A DNA stretch of 37,938 nucleotides from Candidatus Sumerlaeales bacterium (GCA_038243585.1 JBBSQY010000032.1:1-37938), one strand, 5' to 3'. Shown: positions 1-9,138, counted from the stretch's first letter. The notes: generated from the letters alone by a model not told the origin. Made by a program: numbers and translations.

Positions 1-1
1 T

Positions 2-3000
2 CCGTTGACCACTGTGCTGGCGGATTTCGAATCTAATGGTGGCGCTGTTGCTGTTACCACGGGCAACTCCCATGCCTCCGGCAACTCGAACTCAGTCGCA
101 ACTATGGCAACAGAAACCGGCAGTGGCCGCTTAGTGATTACCGATTCCGATGGCGGATCGAACGGCGTTCTACTTAACATACCCGGCGGAATTCCCGGAC
201 CCGGCTACTACCTGTTTACCGCGGATGTCAAAGTGGACAACGCCGGCGCCCCAATTCAAAGTTACGGCATGGGCTTGCGTGACGGCGGACCGGGTACTGA
301 ACTCATCAGCGACGTAAACGCCGGCTATGTAATGAATCTTTCCGGATCCGGAGATGCCGCTCTTGGGTATCAAACCATTGGTGCCGCCATAGAGGTCGCC
401 AACACTGGCTCCTTCCCCCGCGACGTCGCCATATATTTCGGCACAGACGTATCCGGGAACACATACAACGCGCCTGCCGTTGACGGCGACTTCGCCAATG
501 CCCATCGTTCCGGCGCAGCCAGCTGGTCCGCCGGCTCATCCAACGCTGTGTATGTTGACAATGTCAAACGCATCGGTCCCGGTAATATGGGAGAAGAACG
601 TCACCTTTGGATCAGCGTAGGTGACGGTTATACTAATCTGACCGCGCTGGAAGATATACTTGTAAAGGCCAAGGCAAACAACTTTACCGCCGTCGACATC
701 CTTGCCCGGTACCGTGCGGACGCTTATTATGTTCCCAATCGCACAGACGCGACGTATGCGAATCCTGAGCCCTTTGGCTCCCGCGTAGGCACTGTGAACG
801 CCAGCCCGGAAAATGATCCGTTGCAATATGCCATTGATCGTTGCCGGCAGCTTGGACTGCGGGTTTATATCTCCTTCAGCACATTTCTGGTGACTCCGAA
901 CAGCACCTACCCGTCTACACTACCAAATGGCAGCATCATGGGAATCCTCCCGTCCGGCAGTTCATCGCCCCGCGACATGGTCTCCGCTGACAACAGTAAC
1001 GAAGGTCTTTGGGCAGACCTTGGACGCCAGGATGTGCGCGACTACACGAAGAACATCCTGATGGACATTGTTTCCAACTACGACATCGATGGTGTTGTTC
1101 TCGACCGCGTCCGTTATCCGGGTACCCGATTTGGCTATAATCCGCAGGCACTGTCTGATCTCGGCTTTTCCTCCGCTCCGTCTCCTTTCAGCGCCGCCTT
1201 CCGCGATGCACGTCGTGACGTGATCACCGATTTCATCCAGGAATGCTATGAAGCCGTCACCACCAAAAAGCCATGGGTTGTCATGGGCATGACCCCGGTT
1301 GCCTTCGGCATTGGCATGACCGACACGTACAATAACGTGCTTCAGTACTGGCCTAGCTGGACAAGCCGCAAAACCGCTAACCGCACCGTAGACTTTGGTT
1401 GCGTCGATCTTATGCAGCCCCAGTTTTATCGCCTCGCGGGCGCGGCACCTCCGAACAATGCCCCTGTCGCCAACGATACGCTTATGAAAAAAGCACAGTT
1501 TGGCGATGTCGCCACCGCGAGTCTCGACTTCGGGCTGATGCCAGGTGCGTACACTATGGTCGCCCCCACCTTTTTTCATCCATCTAGTGGCGATGCGAAT
1601 CAGTCCAAAGCCAACGCTCAAAACATAACCGACGCGCGAGCACTGGCCATGAGCGGTTTTGGATTATTCGCGGCAAAGACAACCCTTAACGACATTAACC
1701 TTATCCGCGCCGCAAGCGCGTCATCCGCTGGCACCGACGTATTAGCTGGAACGCCCACTAAGGTGGATTACCTGTTCAAAGCCGGCTATGACAGCATTGC
1801 TCCAAACGCAGTGACGAACTTCACCGCAACGCCGCAGGCGCGTGGTTCCGTGGTGCTCGAATGGGAAGATCCGGCCCCGGCCGCCGACGGCGAGACCGCC
1901 TCTAATTATGTGATCTATAAGAGCAAAAGCCAGCCGGTACAGGAGCTTTATGCCAACCAGGTGACGAAGCTGCCGGTCAGCGGCAACTGGGCCCACGTCC
2001 CTGTAGGCGAAGCCGGTTCATGGTATTACCGCATTGTGCCGATCGACGATTACAATAATCGCGGTGCTTCCACGGAAATCGGTCCCTTCACCGTTACCGG
2101 CGTAGCCGAAGCGCCAGCCGACATCATTATCGATAATACGGCGGCGACAGTGGTCGGAGCCTGGACCACCGGCACCTTTGCCGGTGACAAATATGGCATC
2201 AACTACTTATCCCGCGGCGCCGCCATCGGCGATAACAAAGTGATATTTAACGCAACACTGCCTGTCTCCGGTTCATGGACTGTTTCGGAATGGCACAATC
2301 AGGGTTCAAACCGGGCTCCGGATGCCCGCCACCTCGTACAGCACGACGGCGGCACGGCAACGGTCTTAAAGGATCAGCGCAGCAATGGCGGCAAATGGAA
2401 TGCACTCGCTTCCTACAACTTTACCGCCGGCAACAGCTACAGTGTTACCATTGACGACATATTTACCAACCTTGGTGGATCTGTCGTAATTGCCGACGCC
2501 ATCCGGTTTTCCTACGCGCCGGAAGTAACCGTGACCCCCGCGCAGCCGACCAACCTTACGGCGACCGCGGCCGGTACATCTCAGATCAATCTGACTTGGA
2601 ACGATGTTGCGACAAATGAATCTGGATATGAACTGGAACGCACGATCAGCGGCGGCACAACGATTATCATTTCACTGCCCGCCGACACCACGTCGTACTC
2701 GGATACGGCTTTGGCTACTGATACGGAATACGTCTACGTGATTCGCGCATACACAAGCGGCGCTCAGTCTGCAGACAGTAACATTGCTGCAGCCCGCACG
2801 ATGCTTGCGCCTCCGGATGATATTATCATAGACAATCCCCAGGCCCAGTTTGCGGGACTCTGGAGCACGGGTACCGGAGCCGGTAAATTTGGCCCCGATT
2901 ACAAATTCGTCTCCAAGGGATCTGGTCTGCGCACGGCAACCTTTAGCTTCACGCCCCAGCGTACCGCCGTCTATGACGTCTACGAATGGCATGTGGGCGG

Positions 3001-5323
3001 AACTAATCGGGCAGCCGATGCTCCGCACACTGTTAGCCACGCCGGGGGTTCTAGCCTGGTTGTTGTAAACCAGACACTTAACGGCGCGAAATGGAACAAG
3101 ATCGGCTCGTGGCTATTTAATGCCAATGGAACGTATTCGGTTGTTCTAAGCGACCAATACCTCAACGGCACGGTAATGATGGCCGACGCCATAAAGGTCG
3201 TCTACAATGCAGAGCCTCCTACAACGCCGGCGGCGCCGTCTGCCCTTGCCGCAACTGCCATCAGCGACACGGAAATCGGCCTGACGTGGTCTGATAATGC
3301 TGTCAACGAATCCGGCTACGAAATAGAGCGCACTCGCGACGGAGGCACCGCCGAAATAATATCGGCTCTTCCTGCAGACAGCGTCAGCTATATCGATACC
3401 GGTCTGAATGCACTCACCCAATATACCTATGTCGTCCGAGCCATCAACAGCCAGGGCGTCAGCGGAAACAGCAATATTGTCAGCGCGACAACCCTCAGTT
3501 CCACCCCACCGGACCAGATTATCGACAACACCCAGGCTGACCTGGTTGGTCCGTGGACAATCTCCACGGCAACCGCAGAAAAATACGGTGCAAGTTACGC
3601 GTTCCGCGGCAAATCCGCAACCGGGGCCAACTACGCCACGTTTGCTTTTGTCGCCCGCGACAACGGCCTGTATGAAATATCTGAATGGCACCCGCAAGGC
3701 ACGAATCGTCCGAACGATGCGCCCCACATCATCCAGCACCAGGGCGGTGCCGATACCGTATTAGTAAATCAGCAGATTAACGGTGGCATGTGGAACCCTG
3801 TAGGAACCTTTGCCTTCAGCGGCGGAAGCAACTACAGCGTTACCATCAGCGACAAATTCCTGAATGGAACGGTCATCATGGCCGACGCCATCAAGATTGT
3901 CTATGTCGGTGAAATCCCACCGGCTCCGGCTGCTCCTACCGGCGTTAACGCCACCGGCGTAGGCGCGTCCCAGGTAGACCTGGGCTGGACGGATACGACG
4001 GACAACGAATCCGGGTTTGAAATCGTGCGGAACGGTTCCGTTCTTACCACGGTCGGACCAAATGTGACGTCGTACTCAGACACTGCGGCGTCTGAGTGCA
4101 TCACCTACACCTACACCGTGCGTTCAGTTGCCTACGGCGTTCGCTCCGCCGACAGCACTGCTGATTCGGCCAGGCTCGACGCCACGGCCCCTGTCGTTAC
4201 TGCGCCGACGGACGTGGCTTTAAACACCGATGCGGGTTCGGCGACGGCCTCCGGAGCGAATCTTGGTGTCGCAACGGTTTCAGACAATTGCGACAACGCC
4301 CCGGCCGTTTCAAACAACGCGCCGGCCAGTTTTCCCATCGGTGAAACCATTGTAACCTACACGGCAACGGATACCCACGGAAATACCGGCACGGCCACAC
4401 AGAAGATCACCGTAACCGATGTTGAAGCTCCCGTCATCACCGCCCCGGCGGACGTGACGGTTGTCGCCGACACTGCCGGTTGCTTTGCCATAGACGTCGC
4501 GCTCGGCCTGCCGACCGCCTCTGACAACACCGGGGTGGCATCCGTCGTCAACGACGCCCCGACCACGTACTCGGTCGGTTCGACCACCGTCACATGGACG
4601 GCAACCGACGCCTACGGCAACGCCGCCACGGCGACCCAGACCGTAACCGTGCAGGACAACGCCGCACAGGCACCGGCCACAGTGTCAGCCGTGGCGCAGG
4701 CCTGGGACCGTATCGAAGTGACCTGGGCAGACGTCTCAAACGAGACGCTTTTTGAAGTCCGCTACGCGACGCAACTGGCCGGTCCATACACCGTCGCCGG
4801 CAGCACCCCTGCCGACGTAACCAGCTTCATAATAGGCAACCTGCTTCCAAATACCACATACTACTTCGCGGTGGAAGCCCGCAACGCCTGCGGCTCGGCG
4901 GATGGTCCCGTTGCCCAGACGACCACTCCCCTCTACAGCGGTAGCGCCAGCGATCCGGAAGCCAGTGATACCTGGGACTTCGTTTCCGATGACGGCGCAG
5001 AAGGCGGAAGCTACTATATCCGCGCTCGCCGCAGTTCAAACGACGCTGCGTCCTGGAGCATGAACGTGCCGGTCAGCGGAAGCTACCAGCTAAGCGTTTA
5101 TATCCCCGCCGTTTCGCACCTGTCGACGCAGGCCAATTATACGGTCAGCAACGGCGGCACGAACAGCACCACCGTAATCAATCAGCGCCAGAATAGCGGT
5201 AGCTGGGTCGTGCTGGGAACCTACTCCCTACAGGCCGGACCCGTGACCGTAAGCGTGTTTCAGCCAAACAACAGCCAGAACCCGGTTGTGGTGGACGCGC
5301 TGAACATTGAGCAGCTTAATTAA
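2..5323 (+). CDS. Large modular GHL10-family glycoside hydrolase with 5 Fn3, 4 golvesin/xanthan-lyase-CBD-like and 2 HYR domains (5' end outside window)
   Basis: Frame is open from the window edge. GHL10 signatures at about 600-1700: KANNFTAVDILARYRADAYY, DPLQYAIDRCRQLGLRV, DIVSNYDIDGVVLDRVRYP. Three IIDN...W...ADAI modules plus a fourth divergent C-terminal copy. Fn3 motifs (LTWND...GYELER...Y.Y.IRA) and HYR motifs (DxTAPVIT...GETxVTYTATD). Confidence 0.85.
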   Translation, partial: PLTTVLADFESNGGAVAVTTGNSHASGNSNSVATMATETGSGRLVITDSDGGSNGVLLNIPGGIPGPGYYLFTADVKVDNAGAPIQSYGMGLRDGGPGTELISDVNAGYVMNLSGSGDAALGYQTIGAAIEVANTGSFPRDVAIYFGTDVSGNTYNAPAVDGDFANAHRSGAASWSAGSSNAVYVDNVKRIGPGNMGEERHLWISVGDGYTNLTALEDILVKAKANNFTAVDILARYRADAYYVPNRTDATYANPEPFGSRVGTVNASPENDPLQYAIDRCRQLGLRVYISFSTFLVTPNSTYPSTLPNGSIMGILPSGSSSPRDMVSADNSNEGLWADLGRQDVRDYTKNILMDIVSNYDIDGVVLDRVRYPGTRFGYNPQALSDLGFSSAPSPFSAAFRDARRDVITDFIQECYEAVTTKKPWVVMGMTPVAFGIGMTDTYNNVLQYWPSWTSRKTANRTVDFGCVDLMQPQFYRLAGAAPPNNAPVANDTLMKKAQFGDVATASLDFGLMPGAYTMVAPTFFHPSSGDANQSKANAQNITDARALAMSGFGLFAAKTTLNDINLIRAASASSAGTDVLAGTPTKVDYLFKAGYDSIAPNAVTNFTATPQARGSVVLEWEDPAPAADGETASNYVIYKSKSQPVQELYANQVTKLPVSGNWAHVPVGEAGSWYYRIVPIDDYNNRGASTEIGPFTVTGVAEAPADIIIDNTAATVVGAWTTGTFAGDKYGINYLSRGAAIGDNKVIFNATLPVSGSWTVSEWHNQGSNRAPDARHLVQHDGGTATVLKDQRSNGGKWNALASYNFTAGNSYSVTIDDIFTNLGGSVVIADAIRFSYAPEVTVTPAQPTNLTATAAGTSQINLTWNDVATNESGYELERTISGGTTIIISLPADTTSYSDTALATDTEYVYVIRAYTSGAQSADSNIAAARTMLAPPDDIIIDNPQAQFAGLWSTGTGAGKFGPDYKFVSKGSGLRTATFSFTPQRTAVYDVYEWHVGGTNRAADAPHTVSHAGGSSLVVVNQTLNGAKWNKIGSWLFNANGTYSVVLSDQYLNGTVMMADAIKVVYNAEPPTTPAAPSALAATAISDTEIGLTWSDNAVNESGYEIERTRDGGTAEIISALPADSVSYIDTGLNALTQYTYVVRAINSQGVSGNSNIVSATTLSSTPPDQIIDNTQADLVGPWTISTATAEKYGASYAFRGKSATGANYATFAFVARDNGLYEISEWHPQGTNRPNDAPHIIQHQGGADTVLVNQQINGGMWNPVGTFAFSGGSNYSVTISDKFLNGTVIMADAIKIVYVGEIPPAPAAPTGVNATGVGASQVDLGWTDTTDNESGFEIVRNGSVLTTVGPNVTSYSDTAASECITYTYTVRSVAYGVRSADSTADSARLDATAPVVTAPTDVALNTDAGSATASGANLGVATVSDNCDNAPAVSNNAPASFPIGETIVTYTATDTHGNTGTATQKITVTDVEAPVITAPADVTVVADTAGCFAIDVALGLPTASDNTGVASVVNDAPTTYSVGSTTVTWTATDAYGNAATATQTVTVQDNAAQAPATVSAVAQAWDRIEVTWADVSNETLFEVRYATQLAGPYTVAGSTPADVTSFIIGNLLPNTTYYFAVEARNACGSADGPVAQTTTPLYSGSASDPEASDTWDFVSDDGAEGGSYYIRARRSSNDAASWSMNVPVSGSYQLSVYIPAVSHLSTQANYTVSNGGTNSTTVINQRQNSGSWVVLGTYSLQAGPVTVSVFQPNNSQNPVVVDALNIEQLN

Positions 5324-5389
5324 GCTTACGGCGCGCATCCTGATGATGTGCGTTAGCAGCAAATAGTATTAAGGCAGTTTTGGTAAGTT

Positions 5390-5420
5390 GGCGTCTCCGG
5401 AAACGGAGACGCCTTTTTTT
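5390..5420 (+). terminator. Rho-independent terminator
   Basis: GGCGTCTCCG-GAAA-CGGAGACGCC (perfect 10-bp stem, GNRA loop) followed by T7, 67 nt after the hydrolase stop. Confidence 0.9.
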
Positions 5421-5425
5421 ATGGG

Positions 5426-5440
5426 TGGCATACCCCTTGC
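5426..5440 (+). promoter_or_regulatory. sigma54 (RpoN) -24/-12 promoter
   Basis: TGGCATACCCCTTGC is GG-N10-GC, matching TGGCA-N6-TTGC. It lies 43 nt upstream of ATG 5484. Confidence 0.7.
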
Positions 5441-5483
5441 CCTTGGATAAAAGTGTAAATTGTTCAGACGGAGGGACAACCCC

Positions 5484-6053
5484 ATGACTGAGAACACCGA
5501 CAACGACAGGGCTGACCACGAGCGCGATGTGAATCGAAATTCCGGCGCCAGCGACGCTGCCCATGAACACCACGAACACCGGGACCCCCTGACTGGCACT
5601 CCCGGCGCCCACCCCCTGGGCACGGGCATCGGAGCCGCCGGCGCGGGTGCGGCAGGTGCAGCCATAGGCGCTGCAGCCGGTCCCCTCGGTGCTCTTGCGG
5701 GCGCGGCCATCGGTGCAGTGGTAGGCGGCCTTATCGGCAAAGGGATTGCAGAAGGCATTGATCCCACAGAGGAAGAGCGATTCTGGCGCGAATCCCATAA
5801 AGATCGCCCCTACTACGATCAGGGATTTTCTTACGATAGTGATTACGAACCTGCCTACCGATATGGCTGGGAGACCAGGAAGCATCATCACGATAAAACC
5901 TTTGATGAAGCTGAGCCTCACCTGCAAACCAATTGGCCAACCGTCAAAGGCCAAAGCCAGCTGACCTGGGACCACGCAAAGCCAGCCGTAAAAGACGCGT
6001 GGCACCGGATAGAATCCCGAGAGCCGAAACAGCAGGAACACGAAAAACTTTAA
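5484..6053 (+). CDS. Glycine-zipper domain protein (putative stress-related)
   Basis: GGAGGG RBS before ATG 5484. DPLTGTPGAHPLGTGIGAAGAGAAGAAIG...GAVVGGLIGKG glycine zipper, then a FWRE...RPYY...YEPAYRYGWE...LTWDHAKPAVKDAW domain. Confidence 0.8.
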   Translation: MTENTDNDRADHERDVNRNSGASDAAHEHHEHRDPLTGTPGAHPLGTGIGAAGAGAAGAAIGAAAGPLGALAGAAIGAVVGGLIGKGIAEGIDPTEEERFWRESHKDRPYYDQGFSYDSDYEPAYRYGWETRKHHHDKTFDEAEPHLQTNWPTVKGQSQLTWDHAKPAVKDAWHRIESREPKQQEHEKL

Positions 6054-6084
6054 AAGCCACAGATGGGACGCCTGCACTGTTGAA

Positions 6085-6208
6085 GTAGCATAGGCGTCCC
6101 GCCTGTGTGCATCATGCGAATCAGACCCTGAACTTCAGGGTTTAAGACTTTGAGTTATTTGCGCGCTTCTTCTTGTCGGGGCTTACACAGGCGGGACGCC
6201 TATGCTAC
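6085..6208. repeat. GTAG-type REP doublet (REPIN-like)
   Basis: GTAGCATAGGCGTCCCGCCTGTGT (6085-6108) and its exact reverse complement (6185-6208), 76 nt apart. Each is GTAG followed by an imperfect palindrome. A degenerate third copy lies at 6058-6077. Confidence 0.8.
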
Positions 6209-6423
6209 CTGATCCCTGGATTTTAGATCCGCTGTTCCCTTTATGGTTTCTAATCCGTCCCCAACGCCACTTCAAACCGTCCGCGGCCCCACCGCGATCG
6301 TAATCCTGTCCCCTTCCCAGGTGAATCGATTATGCCTTTTGGTTTAGCGGTCACGTCTTTCAATTGTATTCCTGACGGGCCGTACATCAGCTATTTTGAG
6401 AGACTGCTAGTCAACCTGAAATC

Positions 6424-6461
6424 AAAAAGAGCCGGGCAATCCAATTTGGAATGCCCGGCTC
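6424..6461 (-). terminator. Rho-independent terminator of lolA
   Basis: Minus strand GAGCCGGGCATTCCAAATTGGATTGCCCGGCTC followed by TTTTT, 30 nt after the stop. Confidence 0.85.
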
Positions 6462-6490
6462 GCTACTAATTACGACGTTTCAAAGTGCTT

Positions 6491-7156
6491 TTACTGCATG
6501 CTGACCTGATGCACACCTTTGCCGAAGTCTGGTTCGAAATCCGATGGAGACAATGACGGATTCATTTGCAGGCTGCCGGGGTCCATGACGACGATCAGGT
6601 CCGTGCCGTCTGTCTGGCGCATGGTAAAGCGGGTCGGGCTGAGCGTCTGCGGGTTGACTTCCATGGTGATATACTGGAAGCTGGCTTCCTTCTGGCTGCG
6701 AGGCGTCAGGCGCACGCCGTTGGCTCCGAGGCTGCTGACGCTATATACCTTTGTGATCTCATCGGTTTTCGCGCCGAAGCCAAGCAGCAGGTAGTTCAGG
6801 TCGCGGACGTTGCTCTCGCCCTGAAACTTATAGGTGGTTACCTGGTTCAGCTTTGGAACGTAGTGATAAAACATCTGCTTTGAAATGAGCTGAACCGAAG
6901 GTTTCTGACCCTGCGCGTCCTGAAATTCGGCACGGAAGTAATTGGGTTTCAGCAGTTCAAAACGCGCCGGCACGGTAACCTTTGTCTTAAAGGTTGGATC
7001 CGTCCGTGTCTGAGAAAAAGTTCCAGCCACGCTTTTCAAGTTTTGAAACTGACTCTCCATCTTTTGAAGCAGGGCCACGCCCTGATCTTGCGAAAAAGCT
7101 GTAGCGGCGCAAATGCAAAAAATTGCGGCAAGTGCCGTTTGTCTAAATATCATCAT
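6491..7156 (-). CDS. lolA: Outer-membrane lipoprotein carrier protein, LolA family
   Basis: Signal peptide (ALAAIFCICAATAFS), LKSVAGTFSQ, FELLKPNYFRAEF, YHYVPKLNQVT, LTPR and C-terminal NPSLSPSDF. About 220 aa. GAAAGG RBS before ATG 7156/7153. Confidence 0.8.
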   Translation of the reverse strand: MMIFRQTALAAIFCICAATAFSQDQGVALLQKMESQFQNLKSVAGTFSQTRTDPTFKTKVTVPARFELLKPNYFRAEFQDAQGQKPSVQLISKQMFYHYVPKLNQVTTYKFQGESNVRDLNYLLLGFGAKTDEITKVYSVSSLGANGVRLTPRSQKEASFQYITMEVNPQTLSPTRFTMRQTDGTDLIVVMDPGSLQMNPSLSPSDFEPDFGKGVHQVSMQ

Positions 7157-7394
7157 TGAAGTTTCATTGCCTTTCAGGCGAGGTTCGTTCAGGAATCCTG
7201 ACATGGAAATTATTTCATTTCCATTGCCGGGGTATTACCAGTACCATACCAGTACACGCGGATGATACGCGCATTGATAAATTGTGCTTAATTCCGCGCG
7301 GTAAACTCGCCAGGGTGGTTCATTATGTTACAGTGAGATAACTGCCCAAATATCCTTTCGCTGAAAATGCTTAACTTATGTAAGTTTCAGCGAG

Positions 7395-7409
7395 TGGCAT
7401 AACCGTTGC
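7395..7409 (+). promoter_or_regulatory. sigma54 (RpoN) -24/-12 promoter
   Basis: TGGCATAACCGTTGC is GG-N10-GC and nearly identical to the element at 5426. Confidence 0.65.
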
Positions 7410-7451
7410 GCTAAATCGCCCGGTAACTACAACTGAAAGGCGGGGCAGATC

Positions 7452-7634
7452 ATGAAGCATCAATATCAACAGGTTTCTGGCGCAGGTGGGTTTTGGGACA
7501 TTCCGGTGGTTCGTCTCGATTCAGCCGCGATACGAGTTCCCGTTGTTCTTAATGAAAGTCGTTTTAGCCCCAAAAATCATAAGCAGGTGTTTCGCATTAA
7601 GGCACTAAAGACAGACTCATGCGCCCGGCGCTGA
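7452..7634 (+). CDS. Putative small basic protein, 60 aa
   Basis: Preceded by a sigma54 motif and GAAAGG/GGGG, followed by a hairpin at 7654-7692. No recognisable family. Confidence 0.4.
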   Translation: MKHQYQQVSGAGGFWDIPVVRLDSAAIRVPVVLNESRFSPKNHKQVFRIKALKTDSCARR

Positions 7635-7653
7635 GAACAAATTAAACCAACTC

Positions 7654-7692
7654 AAAAAAAATCCCCCGTGGCCACTGGCGACGGGGGATTTT
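7654..7692. terminator. Probable bidirectional terminator
   Basis: A8-TCCCCCGT...ACGGGGGA-TTTT between convergent ORFs. Confidence 0.8.
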
Positions 7693-7713
7693 GTGTCTAA
7701 ATTTGTGGTTTTT

Positions 7714-9006
7714 TTACTGTATTGGCGCGCTGGTCTGGCTTGTTCCCGGATTCGTTACCGGAGCCATTACCAGAGGCACCCGAGAAGCAGCCTGCTCTGC
7801 TGTCGGCGGTGCAGCTGCGGGAATTGGGGTAGGAGCCGGTGTGGTCTGCGCCATAGGAGCCGCCGCCTGAGAACCGGATTGTCTTTCTGCCACCGCGTCA
7901 TCGGTCACCGGCAACACAATTTTCCAGTCATCCTCAATCTGTACCAGGTCAAACGATCTGCGGTTCGTTCTACCATCGCCGTATCCAAGTTCGGCTTCAA
8001 CGACAGCGCCTTCACCGCGCACAGTCGTATTAATATAAGTGACCATGTTGATGGTGCCGTTGGCGGTCAATTCATCAAGTACAGCCTTCTGAGTTCCGTT
8101 GACCGCGCTCATTTCGCTGGCAAAATACTTCTGAATCGCCGGAGCCAGACTTTCGCTGGCTTTGCTATAATAGCCGTCGTTGGCCTGCTTCAAAAATCCA
8201 GCAACCACGGTGGTGGCTTCGTCCGCAGCTTTAATGGCCATAGCGTGCGCTTTTTCCGCGGCAATTTCTTCTTTGGTCTTCTTTACTTCGACCTGTTCCT
8301 TTTTCTCAGACTGTTCAGCGTCTTCCTTTGGCGCGGCTTTTTTGGCGGCGCTACCAGACTCCACATTTTTCACGATCTTTTCTAATGCTGAAGATGAAGA
8401 AGATGACGATGACTTCTTTTCTGAATCATCTGAATCATCCGATGACTTAGTCGAGCGGCTCGATTTGGAAGACGAGCTATTTCCAGATGAGCTGTTTCCG
8501 GAGGACTTTGCAGACGATGACTTTTTCGAATCACTGTCGGAGTCGCTGCTCTTGGAGGTGCTGCGGCCGGAACGGGGCGTCTCTTTGTTTTTGTCCTTGT
8601 CCTCAGATGTGGAACGTCCCGAGCCTGATGTAGTTGCAGGCGTTTGGGCAGGGCGGGTTCCCGGCTGCTGTGCATTATACGGCATCTGACCAGGCTGTTG
8701 CTGCGGATTACCCGGCTGCGCCGCCTGTGGCTGCTGATATTGTGGCTGCTGATATTGAGGTTGAGCCTGGGGTTGCTGCTGCTGCGCCTGTTGAGGATAC
8801 GTCACGCCAGGTCTGTAGCCACCGGTATTGGCTGGCTGAGCCACCTGCACTGGCGCTCGCTGAAGCTGCTGCTGCACAGAGACTCCATTGCTCCGAAGCC
8901 GCGACAGTAATGGTTGACGCTCCTGCACTGCATCGCTGTCAGGCGAGACTTGTGCGAATGCCGCGCTGGACACCATAAGGCAGGACATTATAAACTTGTT
9001 ACGCAT
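7714..9006 (-). CDS. Secreted low-complexity protein with C-terminal NTF2-like (DUF4878-like) domain
   Basis: Signal peptide (SSAAFA-Q) and Q/P-rich then S/K/D-rich tracts. Globular part ATTVVAGFLKQANDGYYSKASESL...GEGAVVEAELGYGDG...FDLVQIEDDWKIV. GGAAAGG RBS. Confidence 0.7.
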   Translation of the reverse strand: MRNKFIMSCLMVSSAAFAQVSPDSDAVQERQPLLSRLRSNGVSVQQQLQRAPVQVAQPANTGGYRPGVTYPQQAQQQQPQAQPQYQQPQYQQPQAAQPGNPQQQPGQMPYNAQQPGTRPAQTPATTSGSGRSTSEDKDKNKETPRSGRSTSKSSDSDSDSKKSSSAKSSGNSSSGNSSSSKSSRSTKSSDDSDDSEKKSSSSSSSSALEKIVKNVESGSAAKKAAPKEDAEQSEKKEQVEVKKTKEEIAAEKAHAMAIKAADEATTVVAGFLKQANDGYYSKASESLAPAIQKYFASEMSAVNGTQKAVLDELTANGTINMVTYINTTVRGEGAVVEAELGYGDGRTNRRSFDLVQIEDDWKIVLPVTDDAVAERQSGSQAAAPMAQTTPAPTPIPAAAPPTAEQAASRVPLVMAPVTNPGTSQTSAPIQ

Positions 9007-9138
9007 TGGTTTTTTTCCTTTCCGCGGACAAAGGCATCCTTGCCAAAATCCATTGCGGACGTCGATTAAACTAAAAGATAGAAATCAGTAAATCCGCAAA
9101 TCAACTGCGGATTAACGGAAATCACCCATTTCGGCACA

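Noticed and set aside
5316..6077. 253-aa minus-strand ORF
   Set aside because: Antisense shadow of the glycine-zipper gene, which has the RBS, promoter and motifs. It also runs through a terminator.
6058..6208. Possible CRISPR repeats or IS ends
   Set aside because: The repeats are inverted, there is no spacer array, and no cas or transposase gene is present. The GTAG-REP form fits better.
6250..6387. 45-codon minus-strand ORF (MYGPSG...)
   Set aside because: No RBS and no recognisable protein features.
7693..8978. Several plus-strand ORFs (230, 169 and 114 aa)
   Set aside because: Antisense to a low-complexity gene; such tracts lack stops in other frames.
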